A DNA stretch of 64,000 bases, taken from assembly GCA_964016885.1 (NCBI GenBank), contig OZ024746.1, forward strand, positions 95,542,001 through 95,606,000, given 5' to 3'. The number at the start of each line of letters is the position of its first letter. The first letter of the stretch is position 1. The DNA is from Eledone cirrhosa (lineage: Eukaryota). Position numbers and translations under genes: made by a program. This document shows, in pieces, positions 38,175 to 51,570 of the stretch. The notes beneath the pieces are model-generated. The model was not told the origin of the DNA. It did no database searches and saw only the letters and a program-made list of their open reading frames with translations.

Positions 38175-38919
38175 GTTTGTAAAATTTTGAATCTTTTTAA
38201 TTAAAACTCTTCACTCTATCACTGTTAATTATTTCAACTTTGACCTTTGACAAACTTCCTTTCCTCATGTATTCACTAAATAATGTTATCATCATCCAAC
38301 ATTTTTACATGCTTTGAATACTAGTATAGGTTGGATGGGTTATTATAATCCAAATCAATTCTTCTCTAGCCCTTTAGCATTTAAACCAGCTGTATCCGCC
38401 AGAATTCGCTTACCTCTTTCTGTTCAAACTGGCCATAACCGGGTGCTCATACTGATGTTAAGGTATTGTTCTCAAATTAAGTATCAAAATCTCATAGATT
38501 CGATATTATGTGAGTTAAAGTCTTTACTGTGAAAATATAATAGTAAATATAGTGTAATGTAAATGCTAAAGGGTTAAAGTTGTTTCCCCTTTTAAAGTTT
38601 TATATTATTTATTTTAAGAACAATACTTTAACATCAGTATGAGTGGCCAGTTATGGCTGGCTTGAACAGAAAGAGGTGAGAGAATTCTGGCTGGATATGG
38701 TGTTAAGGTGCAGAAGTGGTAAGAGCAGATTTCAGAATGCTGTACTTCACAGAGATGAAGAAGGAATGTGATAAGTGGAAAGACGCTGTGCTGGATAAAA
38801 CCTGTTCAACCCATGTAAGTATGAAAAGCTGGATGTAAAAATGAGGATCTTAACCTTGTATCAAATATATTTATTTCTCAAACCATTTTTTAGTATATGT
38901 CATATTTTCATCTTTCCTG

Positions 38920-39682
38920 CTTAACTTTGACTTTCATCCTTACAGTGTCGATAAAATAAAGTACCAGTAATACTCTAGGGTAATTGCTGGCCTTGTGCCA
39001 AAAGTAGAAACAATTATTATTGGCAGTATCGGTAGAACATCTGACAACATACTGTGTGGCATAGAGTTACCTCCCTTTACGGCCTGAGTTCAAATCCTGC
39101 TGAGCTTAACTTTACTTTCGATAAAATAAAGTACCAGTAATGCACTGTGTCGATTTAATCGACTCCCTCCTCCCCCCTCAAAATTGCTGGCCTTGTGCCT
39201 ATTGTAGAAATCATCATTTTTATTTTTAGTGGCTAATTAATATAGCAGTATCTGTAGAACGTTGGACAACATGCTGTGTGGCATAGAGTTACGTCCCTTT
39301 ACGTTCTGACTTCAAATCCTGCCGAGGTTAACTTTGCCTTTCATCCTTATGGGGTCGATAAAATGAAGCACCAGTAACACACTGGGGTCGATTTAATTGA
39401 CTTTCCCCACCCTGAAAACTGTTGGCCTAAATAAAAAATTATCATTATCTGTTCCTTGAAGAGTGGTCGATTGGCAGTATCGGTAGAGCGTCAGACAACA
39501 TGCTGTGACATAGAGTTACGTCCTTTTACGTTCTGGGTTCAAATCCTGCCGAGGTTAACTTTGACTTTCATCTTTATGATATTGATAAAATAAAGTACCA
39601 GCAACACACTGGGGTTGATTTAATCAATTACCCCTACCAGAAAAAAAAAGAATTGTTGGCCTTGTGCCTAAATCAGAAACCA
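38920..39682 (+). mobile_element. Head-to-tail array of four tRNA-derived SINE copies
   Basis: Repeated GCAGTATC(G/T)GTAGA...TTCAAATCCTGC...GATAAAAT(A/G)AAG(T/C)ACCAG modules. Confidence 0.85.
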
Positions 39683-39695
39683 TTCTCTTTTTCAG

Positions 39696-39810
39696 AAGAA
39701 AACACGAGATGTTCAACCAACGGCAGGGACTTCTCAACAGAAAGCAGACAATACTTTTATCTTACCGCCACCAATTCTGGCTTCTAGTCCACGAGACACA
39801 CCTTGTAGAT
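39696..39810 (+). CDS. CENP-U-like gene, coding exon 3
   Basis: ctctttttcag|KKTRDVQPTAGTSQQKADNTFILPPPILASSPRDTPCR + T|gtaaat (phase 0/1). An alternative same-phase donor follows 39804, and a NAGNAG acceptor is possible. Confidence 0.7.
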
Positions 39811-42416
39811 GTAAATATATAATTCCATTATGTTTTATCCCCATCCTTCTTGAACAGTTTCTGTATGTGAACTCGAAGATTCTAATGTCTGTAGTTTTTA
39901 TTGTTTAGCCCCAAGTGAGCCCTGATTGAGCAGACATGATTAGACATTTCAACCATGTCCATCCTATGATTATGTATATGTAGGACTACAATGACCAATG
40001 TATTTTTCCTTTTTTTATGGAAGTTTAAGAGGATTTAACTACTATTTCTAGCAGGTTGACCAATTACATATAGCAATAGTTCTTGACATTTTTCTAACAC
40101 GGCACACTTTGAGATTTTTAAATTCCATCCTACACCCTTAGACCTAACACATAAGACAAAAGAAATAGAATTTCCAGGTCAAATTATCAGCTACTTAGCT
40201 GCTATAATTAAATTAATTAACTAATATGATTTAATTAATTAACTACTAGGAGTAATAAATAGGAATTTTTGAAAATAACAGAAAATATCCAAATGGAAAA
40301 CTATGAAACACTGAAAGAGAAGTAAAATGGAAAAAAGTTGTTTTTCTGGACCTCTCCTCGCCCCCAAAAGGACTGAATCTTGCAACCCTTTGTGGGTGTT
40401 GGAACCCAGGTTAAGAACCACTGGCATAGAGGTTTCCTTGTCAGCTTAAGATTTTGATACATGTGAATGGTGAGGTCAGTAGCCCCTTTTGAATACTGAC
40501 GCAGTCATCTGAGAAGACTCATCAAATTCTTGCTAGCAAGGAAAATGGGTGTTAAATGATGATGATGATATATGTGTATGTGAATATTTTATTCTTTTAC
40601 TGGTTCCAGTCATTAGACTGTGATGATGCTGAGGCACCATCATAAAAGGATTTATTTTATCTTATTGACCGAAAGAATATGATCGCGAATTCAAGCAGTT
40701 GAAGTGGGGTTTCCATTAAAAGTCTTTGGAGTAATGTTACTCGATAGACTGTGGGGCTTGGAGATGAGAGAGTAACTCCAGGTAGAACAGCTACTTTTCC
40801 AAATTGAGAGATTACAGCTCCGATAGGATGGGCAGGTGATTAGAATCACAGGACAGATTTTACAGGCAAAACCAACTGGCAGGAGACCCAGGAGTAGACC
40901 CTGAACAAGATAGTTGGATAACATCCATGAACTTGGCTGGTCTCACTTGAGGATCCAACTGAGCTTGGTTTTTCATGCTAGGGGATCCAGCTGGATCAGT
41001 TGGAGATGGTTGCTTCTGACAGGCCCTGCTAGAAGAAGTATTTGAGGATTCTGCCCCCATGACTCTCTCAGGAATAAGTGGGCGAAAAAGGAAAAGATGT
41101 TATCTCCACCAGCTGCAATATAGGCAACCTGTCTTGGAGAACGATAACTCTGAAAAAAAAAATACTGACATTAAGGTATTGTTCTCAAAATAAATAATAT
41201 CAAAATCTCATACAGTCAATATTATATGAGATAATTATTTGAGAAGAGCCTTTACTGAGTAAATACAATAGTATATGTAGAGTAATGTAAATGCTAAAGA
41301 GTTAAATCTACATTTTTTTTTCCTTTTTATCAAATATTATTCTTCCAAACATTTATCTGTCACCAGAAAAAAACCCCCAACATTTTTGCAATTTAGCATG
41401 TTATGTTGTACATCATTATCATCATATATCCAGTTCTCTATGTTGGCATGGGTTAGATGCTGTGTTAGAGACCAAGTTAATACTTTATCTGATCTACTGC
41501 CCTAGACGAATTAATTGATCACGTCTTGCTCAAATAAGTTCCAATTTGACATAGTTTCTACGGCTGAATGCTCTTCCTAAAGCTAACTATTTTACAGAGT
41601 GTACTGGTTGTATTTTATCATGGCACCAGCATTAGACAAGTTGCTCTTGTCGAAACTGCAAAGACTTATTAACCCATTTTTGGCATGGTTTGAACAGAAA
41701 GAACTGTACAGCTTATAGGATTGTCAACATTTTAGCATATTTCATTATTTTCTGCTATTTTTCTATAATTAACCCTTTAGCATTTAAACTGGCCGTATCT
41801 GGCCAGAATTCTCTCATATCTTTCTTTTCAAACCAGCCGTAACCTGCCGTTCATGCTGATGTTAAAGTATTGTTCTCAAAATAAATAATATCAAAATCTC
41901 ATAGATTTAATATTATGTGAGGTAAAGCCTTTAACGTGAAAATATAATAGTAAATATGTATGTATGGTCTTGTAACTCCTGATAGAGTTGTAGAGGCGCT
42001 GTATTGATATATGGCATTTCTTGGGCATTTTAAGCCAGGCGGAGCCCATCCCTCTCCAGGCCTGAGTACAGCAGATTTCTTCCAGAGAAAGATAGAAAGT
42101 AAGAGAGAGGAAATAAGAAAGAGAGATATAGAGGAAGAATCAACCCCAGTACTAGACTGGTACTTTTTTTTTTATTTACCTCGGAAAGGATGAAAGGCAA
42201 AGTTGGCCTTGATGGGATTTGAACTCAGAGAGCTGGAATGAATACCATAAAGTATTCTATCCAACGTTGTAATGACTGCCGATTTGCTGCTTCAATAGTA
42301 AATATAGAGTAATGTAAATGCTAAAGGGTTAAAATAATATTTTTGATTTTAAAATAATATATATTTCTTTATTTTTCACCCATGTTTATACTTTGAATTT
42401 TCCTTCTATTGAATAG

Positions 42417-44389
42417 CTGAACTAAAAAAACAGAAACAGTTGCTGGAGATTTCTTATATTGAGCCTGTGTCAGCAAAAACAGCAAGGAATTTAAAACGTA
42501 TTGAAGTATCACATTTTGTATCAAAAAATGAACAAAATAAAACTGTTTCTAGTGATTCTGGCAAGAAACTGATTCCCAGTAAAAGGAGGTCTTTAAGCTT
42601 GTCATCTAAGAATAGAGTTGTGGAGTCACATGAAAAGACTGATGCCAGTCATCGCAGCAATAAATCCCATCGCAAGGAGAATGAGTCAAAACACTTGTCT
42701 AAGAAAGAGAAATCAAAAGTCTTTGAAACCTCAACCTCAAAGTATTTGCAGCAACAAGTTCTATTAAAAGATTCTAGAAATGCCAGCAAGACTTCTATAA
42801 AAAATTCTAGAAATTCCAACAAGTCTTCTAAAGGACATTCTAGAAATGCCAGCAAATCTTCTACAAAACTATCTAGAGATGTTAGCAGTTCTCCAGTTCA
42901 TTCTAGACATTCCAGTAAGTCTTCTACAAAACTATCTAGAAATGCTAGCAGATCTCCAGTTCGATCTAGACATTCCAGTAAGTCTTCTACACAGTTGTCT
43001 AAAAATGCCAGAAAGTCTTCTTCAGTTTATTCTGAACTTTCACCTAGAAAGACTAGATCATCATTTCGAAGTAAATCTAACACTGGAATCAAAAGAGGTT
43101 TGCCTGTTTCTGAGAAGAGTGTCGATAAACAACAAACTTCAATACAAAGTTTTGTTAGAAAGAGATACAGTAGTAAAAGAAAATCACCGGAATCTGTACC
43201 TTCTGAGGATTCCTCAGCTGCTCCGCCCAAGTCCAGAAAATTAGAGACAAGTAGAAAACAACCTATAGAAGTTGCATATGTTTCTGGGCCTTCTGATGAA
43301 TATTCTACCGACACTAGCAAAACAAAACCCAGTAAAGCTACTACAAAAAAACAGAGAAGTAATATTAAATCTCATAGTTACTCCGAAGCTAAGCCTGAAC
43401 AACAGACTGGTTCAAGACACGGTCAAAGAAGTCAAAGCATGCCAAAAAAAGTTTCATATACACAAAACATTGCTCACACTAAACCACACTCAAACAAAAA
43501 GTCTTCTCAGAAAATGAAAACTAGTTTTAAGCAATCAACTAGACAAACTAGACAGAAGAGTGTCAAGGCCACTGGCAGGAAGAGTGTTACTAATGAGAAG
43601 GAAATTACTAGTGAAGAGAGTGCTACTAGTGATAAGGAGAGTGCTAGCATTGAGAAAGAGGTTGCTAGTGAAGAGATAGTTACTAGTGAGAAAGAGAGTG
43701 GTACTAGTAAGAAAGAGAGTGGTACTAGTGAGAAAGAGAGTGGTACTAGTGAGAAAGAGAGTGGTACTAGTGAGAAAGAGAGTGGTACTAGTGAGAAAGA
43801 GAGTGGTACTAGTAAGAAAGATAGTGGTACTAGTGAGAAAGAGAGTGGTACTAGTGAGAAAGAGAGTGGTACTAGTGAGAAAAAGAGTGGTACTAGTGAG
43901 AAAGAGAGTGTTACCAGTGAGAAGAAGAGTGGTAATCATGAGAAGAAAGCTACTAAATCAAGTTCTTTCATTGAAACAAATGAACATAATAAAACATCTG
44001 TTTCACGACAGTCTGTAGGTAAATACACAATCAAAAGTTCCCAGGACAAATCAGCCCTTAAGGCATTTAACTCAAGCCCTGAGAAACAACCAACAATTAC
44101 AGTGAAAGAAAAATCAATTTCTGATATCCCAAACCAGAAGCTCATGAGGAAATCCATAGAAAGCTCTCCTGGCAAGAGTAAAAGCAAGTCGAAAATTGCA
44201 ACTCTTTCCAACTCTCTAGAAGAGACTAATCACTTGAAGGAACAGTCTAACAGTAACATGAATGCCGGTAAATATGCTAACATTGTGTCATATCTCAACA
44301 CTCAAAATAAACAGAAGAAATCAAAGAAATCTGGTAAAACATTCGAAGCTATCATCAAAGATGTCTCACATGAAATACATAAAGAGATG
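42417..44389 (+). CDS. CENP-U-like gene, large exon 4 (S/K/R-rich disordered region)
   Basis: gaatag|CT GAA... in frame with the 658-aa ORF, ending GAGATG|gtaagt; about 2 kb stop-free in mostly non-satellite sequence. Confidence 0.88.
43682..43935 (+). repeat. Coding 21-bp tandem repeat (GTSEKES x ~11)
   Basis: Unit GGTACTAGTGAGAAAGAGAGT in frame within exon 4. Confidence 0.9.
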
Positions 44390-44424
44390 GTAAGTAACAT
44401 ATTCACTTATTATTAATAGAACTA

Positions 44425-44775
44425 AGGGCGGTGGATTGGCAGTATTGGTAGAGGTTCGAACGCCATGCTTTGACGTATGGAGTTACGGCCCTTGCCATTC
44501 TGAGTTCAAATCCCGCTAAGGTTAACTTTGCCTTTCATCCTTACGGGGTCGATAAAATAAAGTACCAGTAATGCACTGGGTAATTGCTGGCCTTGTGCCT
44601 AACGTAGAAACAATTATTAATAGAACTTAATAGGGCAGTGGATTGGCAGTATCGGTAGGGCGTCAGACAACATGCTTTGCAGCGTAGCGTTACGGCCCTT
44701 TATGATCTGAGTTCAAATCCTGGCGAAGTTAACTTTGCCTTTCATCCTTACGGAGTCGATAAAATAAAGTACCAG
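44425..44775 (+). mobile_element. Two tandem tRNA-derived SINE copies
   Basis: AGGGC(G/A)GTGGATTGGCAGTAT heads at 44425 and 44632; the second runs directly into the 48-bp array. Confidence 0.85.
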
Positions 44776-45745
44776 TCCACACTGTAAAGTGGTCATGTAG
44801 GTGTCATGACAAAAAGTACCCAGTCCACACTGTAAAGTGGTCATGTAGGTGTCATGACAAAAAGTACCCAGTCCACACTGTAAAGTGGTCATGTAGGTGT
44901 CATGACAAAAAGTACCCAGTCCACACTGTAAAGTGGTCATGTAGGTGTCATGACAAAAAGCTCCCAGTCCACACTGTAAAGTGGTCATGTAGGTATCATG
45001 ACAAAAAGTACCCAGTCCACACTGTAAAGTGGTCATGTAGGTGTCATGACAAAAAGCTCCCAGTCCACACTGTAAAGTGGTCATGTAGGTGTCATGACAA
45101 AAAGTACCCAGTCCACACTGTAAAGTGGTCATGTAGGTGTCATGACAAAAAGCACCCAGTCCACACTGTAAAGTGGTCATGTAGGTGTCATGACAAAAAG
45201 CTCCCAGTCCACACTGTAAAGTGGTCATGTAGGTGTCATGACAAAAAGTATCGAGTCCACACTGTAAAGTGGTCATGTAGGTGTCATGACAAAAAGCACC
45301 CAGTCCACACTGTAAAGTGGTCATGTAGGTGTCATGACAAAAAGCTCCCAGTCCACACTGTAAAGTGGTCATGTAGGTGTCATGACAAAAAGCACCCAGT
45401 CCACACTGTAAAGTGGTCATGTAGGTGTCATGACAAAAAGTATCCAGTCCACATTGTAAAGTGGTCATGTAGGTGTCATGACAAAAAGCTCCCAGTCCAC
45501 ACTGTAGAGTGGTCATGTAGGTGTCACAACAAAAAGCACCCAGCACACTAAATGTTTTTGTGCAGGTGTGATAACAAAAAAAAGCACCCAGTCCACACTG
45601 TAAAGTGGTCATGTAGGTGTCACAACAAAAAGCACCCAGCCCACACTAAATGTTTTTGTGCAGGTGTGATAACAAAAAAAAGCACCCAGTCCACACTGTA
45701 AAGTGGTCATGTAGGTGTCACAACAAAAAGCACCCAGCACACTGT
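44773..45745 (+). repeat. 48-bp SINE-derived minisatellite (~20 units)
   Basis: Unit CAGTCCACACTGTAAAGTGGTCATGTAGGTGTCATGACAAAAAG(T/C)ACC, followed by the ordinary element body and RTE-type tail to ~45908. Confidence 0.95.
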
Positions 45746-46139
45746 AAATGTGGTTGGTGTTAGGAAGGGAATCCAGCCATAGAAACCAAGCCAGAAACAA
45801 TTTTGTATGAGCATGAGATGGTCACCTGACTTGACTTGCCTGAAATGGGACAACCTGTCTAACCCATGCTAGTGTGGAAAATGGACGTTAAATGATGATA
45901 ATGATGATGTCTTGTCTCTACTGTTTATTTTATCACCCATGTCTTACTCCCATAAATCATGGCACTTCTCTCACATGCAGTATACCTCTTTGTCTTCACT
46001 TCTTCCCAGCCTTCTCTGCTGCTCCCAGTTCACCCAAGTTTCAATCCTATAAATCTTCTCATACATGCAGCATACAGAAAAAAAAGTCACACTAAAATTT
46101 AGTTTTTTTTTTTTTTTTTTTTTTGTACCTTTTTTCCAG

Positions 46140-46311
46140 AATCAGAAAGATAGAAGCAAACTGTTTAGCTTTGAAGGTACAGAAACATCTACTCTTGCGA
46201 GCAGCCATAGTTCTCATCTGTCTGATGATGAGCCTGAAAAATTAAAAGAGGCTGATAAATATTTGCAATATATAGTGTTTCCAGAGGAGAGTGAAAATGA
46301 TGTCTCTCATG
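46140..46311 (+). CDS. CENP-U-like gene, coding exon 5
   Basis: poly-T..ttccag|NQKDRSKLFSFEGTETSTLASSHSSHLSDDEPEKLKEADKYLQYIVFPEESENDVSH + G|gtaagt (phase 0/1). Confidence 0.85.
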
Positions 46312-46892
46312 GTAAGTACTGCTTTAGATCAGGGATTCAAAAAATAGCCCCATTCCTTAAGAGCAATGGGAGATTCAAAACTGGAATGGAGGGAGGAAAG
46401 GAGCAAAGTTTACAAATTTGCAGTTGCTCGTAAAACTGTCATCATTATCATCATCATCATCAAACCTTTGAAAGTTAGGGATATAACTTTCAAAGGTTTA
46501 ACCCTTTAACATTTACATTACTCTATATTTACTATTATATTTTCACGGTAAAATATAAATATATATATATATAAAATATATAATTATCTCACATATATTG
46601 AATTTATGAGATTTTGGTATTATTTATTTTGAGAGCAATACCTTAACATCAGTATGAGAGGCTAGTTACAGCCAGTTTAAACAGAAAGAAGTGAGAGAAT
46701 TCTGGTTGGTTACAGCCAGTTTAAAAGTTAAAGGGTTAATCCACATGACTATAAAGTAGGTACCATGAAGAAGTACAGTTTTGTTGTAAACAGTGGGAAC
46801 AATATAATTAACAAGTGTTTGTTAGCCTACAGAACTTATTGATGGAGGCTATTTGATTCCATTGTTCAGGCTGGTCGTAAATTACTCTAGAT

Positions 46893-47190
46893 CAGAGGTT
46901 CTCATAGTGGGCATTATCACCCCCACGGGGTGGAGGGGGTCGTTGAGAAGGTCCGGCGGGGGGTCACTGGTTGGTGGTGGGGGTGGAGATATAATAGTAT
47001 ATTAAATATCAAATGATATATATAAATATAATAAATTAAAAAATATATAATATTTATTTACATAATATATATTTATATATTATTTACAATTTGCGTGTAG
47101 GCAGGTCGCTCTGGAAATAGGGTATGAGGGGTGATGAGGGTATTACAGGACTGCAAGGGAGGGGTCGCCCCAAAAGTTTGAGAACATCTG
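46893..47190. mobile_element. hAT-type MITE
   Basis: TIR CAGAGGTTCTCA / TGAGAACATCTG; flanks CTCTAGAT / CTCTGAAT (decayed 8-bp TSD). Confidence 0.7.
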
Positions 47191-48231
47191 CTCTGAATGA
47201 TAACAGAATCTTCAGTGGGGCTAGAATCATCATCTTTTTATGTCCCATCTTTCATGCATGGGTTGGACAAAATGTTATAGTATGTTGAGCCTTCATAATT
47301 TTTGCTAGGGTTTTTCTGGCTGGACTTCCTTCTTATCACCAACCCTTTACAGCATGAACTGGGTGCATTTTATCACACTACCAGCACTATAGAAGCAGTT
47401 TGACAGGACTTAACTCTTTCATGACTGTATTTCTAATGAAATACACTCTATTTTAATTAATTAATGAAGAATTTCAAGGGATTTACTAAAATTATTAATT
47501 ATTTCATTACTAATGTTAGGTTTTTATATAAAATTATGTTGGGAGATGGAAAAAATGAAATTTCATTTCTCACTCTTAGTACGGCTGATACTTAAATATA
47601 AGTATTACCGAGCATTATAATAAATGTTCGGTAAACCCATACATACATATATATATATATGTGCATGTATGTATGTATATACATACTACTGTATGTCTGT
47701 GTGCATGTATGTATGTATATACATACTACTGTATGTCTGTATACATATATGTATGTACGTATACATACTTATATGTTGGGAGATTTTAAGTTAAATTGGA
47801 AACCTTTAAAATTGATGATTTTATTTCATAGAACCAGAGATGGTTTTGGCCCGGTTGGTAACTAAAAGTTTAATCTACCTGTGATTAAATTGGCCTGAAA
47901 ATCCAAGGGTTTTCTAGGTCAATACTAAGTTTATTTTACCTGTGATTCAATGTTTAAATAACCCATGGATGATTAAGACCCTTTTTAAAACATTAATTTT
48001 TTTTGTCCTACTGTAGAAAGGTCCAGTGTCAGCAAGATAGTTACTTAATATATGGTTCTTATATAAACTAGCTGAATGACCCGGCGTAGCCTGGGTTACT
48101 GCTGTTCTTATTCATATTGGTAAACAATAAATGTAAAGATATATTTTTTTCCTAGTAATTATTTCAAAATATCTATATTTTATGAAAATGAGTTGTAGTG
48201 TAGCTGAGCACTATTATTATTATATAAGTAT

Positions 48232-48835
48232 TAGGGCAGTGGATTGGCAGAGCGTCGGACACCACGCTTTGCAGCATAGAGTTATAGCCCTTTACGTTCT
48301 GATTTCAAATCCCACTGAGGTTAGCTTTGCCTTTCATCCTTATGGGTCTGACAAAATAAAGTACCAGTAATGCACTGGGGTTGATTTAATCAACTTTCCC
48401 CTCCCCAAAAATTTCTAGCCTTAAGCCTAAAGTAGAAACAATTGTTATTAGGTGGATTGGCAGTATCGGTAGAGGGTCGGAGACCATGCTTTGGAGCATA
48501 GAGTTACGGCCCTTTATGATCCGTGTTCAAATCCTGCTGAGGTTAACTTTGCCTTTCCTCCTTACAGGGTTGATAAAATAAAGTACCAGTAATGTACTGG
48601 GTAATTGCTGGCCTTGTGCCAAAAGTATAAACAATTATTATTATTATTTGGATTGGCAGTATCAGTAGAGGGTCGGACGCCATGCTTTGACGCACAGTTA
48701 CGGCCCTTGCCATTCTGAGTTCAAATCCTGCCGAGGTTAACTTTGCCTTTCATCCTTACGGGGTCAATAAAATAAAGTACCAGTAATACACTGGCATAAT
48801 TGCTGGCCTTGTGCCCAAAGTAGAAACAATTATTA
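48232..48835 (+). mobile_element. Head-to-tail array of three tRNA-derived SINE copies
   Basis: Three GGATTGGCAG...TTCAAATCC...AAAGTA(G/T)AAACAATT modules. Confidence 0.88.
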
Positions 48836-48857
48836 TGAAAACATTCTACCATTTCAG

Positions 48858-48981
48858 ATAATCCCAAACCAATAAGAGTGAATGTCATTGATCAGAGAGA
48901 CTCCAAGAAGCGTACTGCCCAGAGTTTGTCAGATCTTGATGTTATATTAGATGTTGTGGACCAGTCAATAGAAAATGTCTT
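48858..48981 (+). CDS. CENP-U-like gene, coding exon 6
   Basis: tttcag|(D)NPKPIRVNVIDQRDSKKRTAQSLSDLDVILDVVDQSIENV + TT|gtaagt (phase 1/2). Confidence 0.85.
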
Positions 48982-49063
48982 GTAAGTTATCATTTTTCTA
49001 CATCTTGCTCTACTAAACAAAATTAGAATTTCGTTTTTCACTCTAACAGCAGATACGTAAATG

Positions 49064-49394
49064 CACTCATGAGTTTTATATCAAATAATAACAATATTCG
49101 ATTCATTTGCAAGCAAACAGCCTCATTACGCCAACTTTTTTAGATGACCATCGCCATCCTTTTGTTCTAGTGGTCACAGAAAAGGAGGGAGAGGGGGGAG
49201 TGAGTAAGTGAGAGAGAGAGGAAGGAGTGAGTAAGAGAGAGAGAGGGTAGTGAGTAAGTGGGAGAGAGGGGGGAGTGAGTAAGTGAGAGAGAGAGAACAT
49301 CAAAGGATGGCGATAGTCATCTATAAAACTTGGCTTAATGAGGCTGTTTGCTTGCTAATGAATCAAATATTATTTTATATAAAACTCATGAATG
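49064..49394. mobile_element. Fold-back element/MITE with ~95-bp imperfect inverted repeats around a GA-rich spacer
   Basis: CACTCATGAGTTTTATAT..GCAAGCAAACAGCCTCATTA..CGCCATCCTTT versus AAAGGATGGCG..TAATGAGGCTGTTTGCTTGC..ATATAAAACTCATGAATG. Confidence 0.75.
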
Positions 49395-50413
49395 ATTCTC
49401 TACTTATCATTCTCCACATTCAACCATAAGGTTCAAGGTTTGATTCCATTGTGTGGCACCTTGGGCAAATGTCATTTACCATTGACTTTGCTTGATCCAT
49501 GTATTGTAAGGGAAATTGGGTTGAAGGAAACAGTTTGGAAGCTACCACTGTTTTTATCATGTATACTCAGTCCACAATGTAAAGTTGTCATGTAGGTGTC
49601 ATGACAAAAAGCACCCAGTCCACTCTGTAAAGTGGTTGTGTAGGTGTCACAATAAAAAGTACCCAGTCCACACTGTAAAGTGGTTGTGTAGGTGTCATGA
49701 CAAAAAGCACCCAGTCTACACTGTAATGTGGTTGCATAGGTGTCCTCCTCTCTCACTATTATAAGCAAATGGGGGCCCATGTGCTGGCCACCCTGCAGCC
49801 CCAGTAGACAGAATAGAGAAAGCAAATTAGTAAAGTTGTCAGAACATCAGATTGAATGCTTTGCAGTATTTGCTCCAGCTCTGCACTCCAACCAGTCATG
49901 TATTGGAATCAATTCTTTGTGTCTCACTTTCCCACCCTCTTTCTCTCTCACTTTTTCTTCATCCTCTTCCTCCTCCAGACATGGAGAGTGATGGGTTCTG
50001 CCAGGTTTAAAATTCCACAACAACATCCCCAACCCCTCCTACAATTCTACCAGCAGTTCAGGACCCATAGATGAATTATATCATGAAACAAAAGTCTGAA
50101 CAATAGTCTGAACAATAAAATGTCTTTTATCTAATGACATGTTTTTCATTGAAGATGTCACACAAATGTGTGACAAAAGAACTTTGAGAAATTATATTAA
50201 TATTTATATTTTTAACTGTTGGTCAATCATTGATAAACATTATCAATGATTAATTATTCATGGAAAAATAAAAAATATACTGAAGTGAAAACCAAACCAA
50301 ATAGTGAGTGTGTTTTACTATTTTGTGGAATATTAGGACAACATGACCCTCCCCAAATATAACAATACATGTTTTTCAGTTTTGTTTTAAGATGTATTCA
50401 TCTATTCATCTAG

Positions 50414-50492
50414 GAGGCAAGTCAGCGATCTTGATAAGAAACAAGCTATTTCCAGGATGAGAAATTTTGTGAAAGAGAAAATTTCCACTGAT
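50414..50492 (+). CDS. CENP-U-like gene, coding exon 7
   Basis: catctag|G RQVSDLDKKQAISRMRNFVKEKISTD|gtgagt (phase 2/0). Confidence 0.8.
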
Positions 50493-50505
50493 GTGAGTAT
50501 TAGCT

Positions 50506-50553
<48 letters not shown>

Positions 50554-51000
50554 GTTTTGATCCCACTGTGTGGGCATCTTGGGCATGTGTTATTTACCAT
50601 CATAGCCTTGGATCAACCGATACCTTGTGAGTGAAATTGGGTAGGGTGGGACCTGTTTGCAAGCCCACCAGAAGGAGTGTACCTGTAGTTCAAAAGGCCA
50701 GCCTTGTCACACACTGGATCCCACTGACAATTACATTAACACTTTAGCATTTACATTACTCCATATTTACTATTATATTTTCACAGTAAAGGCTTTATCT
50801 CACATAATATCGAATCTACGAGATTTTGATATTATTTATTTTGAGAACAATACCTTAGCATCTGTATGAGTGGCCAGTTACGGCTGGTTTAAACAGAAAG
50901 AGGTGATATAGCCAGTTTAAATGCTAAAGGGTTAACTTATATATTTCAATCACTGAGGAACATCTAAATGGTTGCTTGACCTGCTAAAATAGTGGCTAAA

Positions 51001-51140
51001 TCTCCATCAAACCACACTCCCATCTCCATCAAACCACACTCCCATCTCCATCAAACCACACTCCCATCTCCATCAAACCACACTCCCATCTCCATCAAAC
51101 CACACTCCCATCTCCATCAAACCACACTCCCATCTCCATC
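51001..51140. repeat. 22-bp minisatellite (~6 units)
   Basis: Unit TCTCCATCAAACCACACTCCCA. Confidence 0.9.
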
Positions 51141-51237
51141 TCACTGTACTGAAAAAGAACATATTGAAAAATTTAGTTGTAGGTTTCTTGCATACAGAGG
51201 AAAAGATAAATTATTTACTGCTAGAATACCTTTAATA

Positions 51238-51570
51238 ATAGGTCTGCTCAATCAGGCTTGATCTGAGGCTAAATAACAATAACCATAGGTCTGCTCAATC
51301 AGGCTTGATCTGAGACTAAATAACAATAACCATAGGTCTGCTCAATCAGGCTTGATCTGAGACTAAATAACAATAACCATAGGTCTGCTCAATCAGGCTT
51401 GATCTGAGGCTAAATAACAGCAACCATAGGTCTGCTCAATCAGGCTTGATCTGAGACTAAATAACAATAACCATAGGTCTGCTCAATCAGGCTTGATCTG
51501 AGGCTAAATAACAGCAACCATAGGTCTGCTCAATCAGGCTTGATCTGAGACTAAATAACAGCAACCATAG
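51238..51570. repeat. 47-bp minisatellite (7 units)
   Basis: Unit ATAGGTCTGCTCAATCAGGCTTGATCTGAG(G/A)CTAAATAACA(A/G)(T/C)AACC. A single related copy lies inverted at ~39895-39935. Confidence 0.9.

Noticed and set aside
44425-44520. tRNA gene-like A and B boxes (many loci)
   Set aside because: They are SINE heads: no cloverleaf, and each is followed by the shared SINE body.
44713-45612. 299-aa Cys-rich repeat ORF (CHDTYMTTLQCGLG)
   Set aside because: Antisense translation of the 48-bp SINE-derived array; identical peptides arise at every array.
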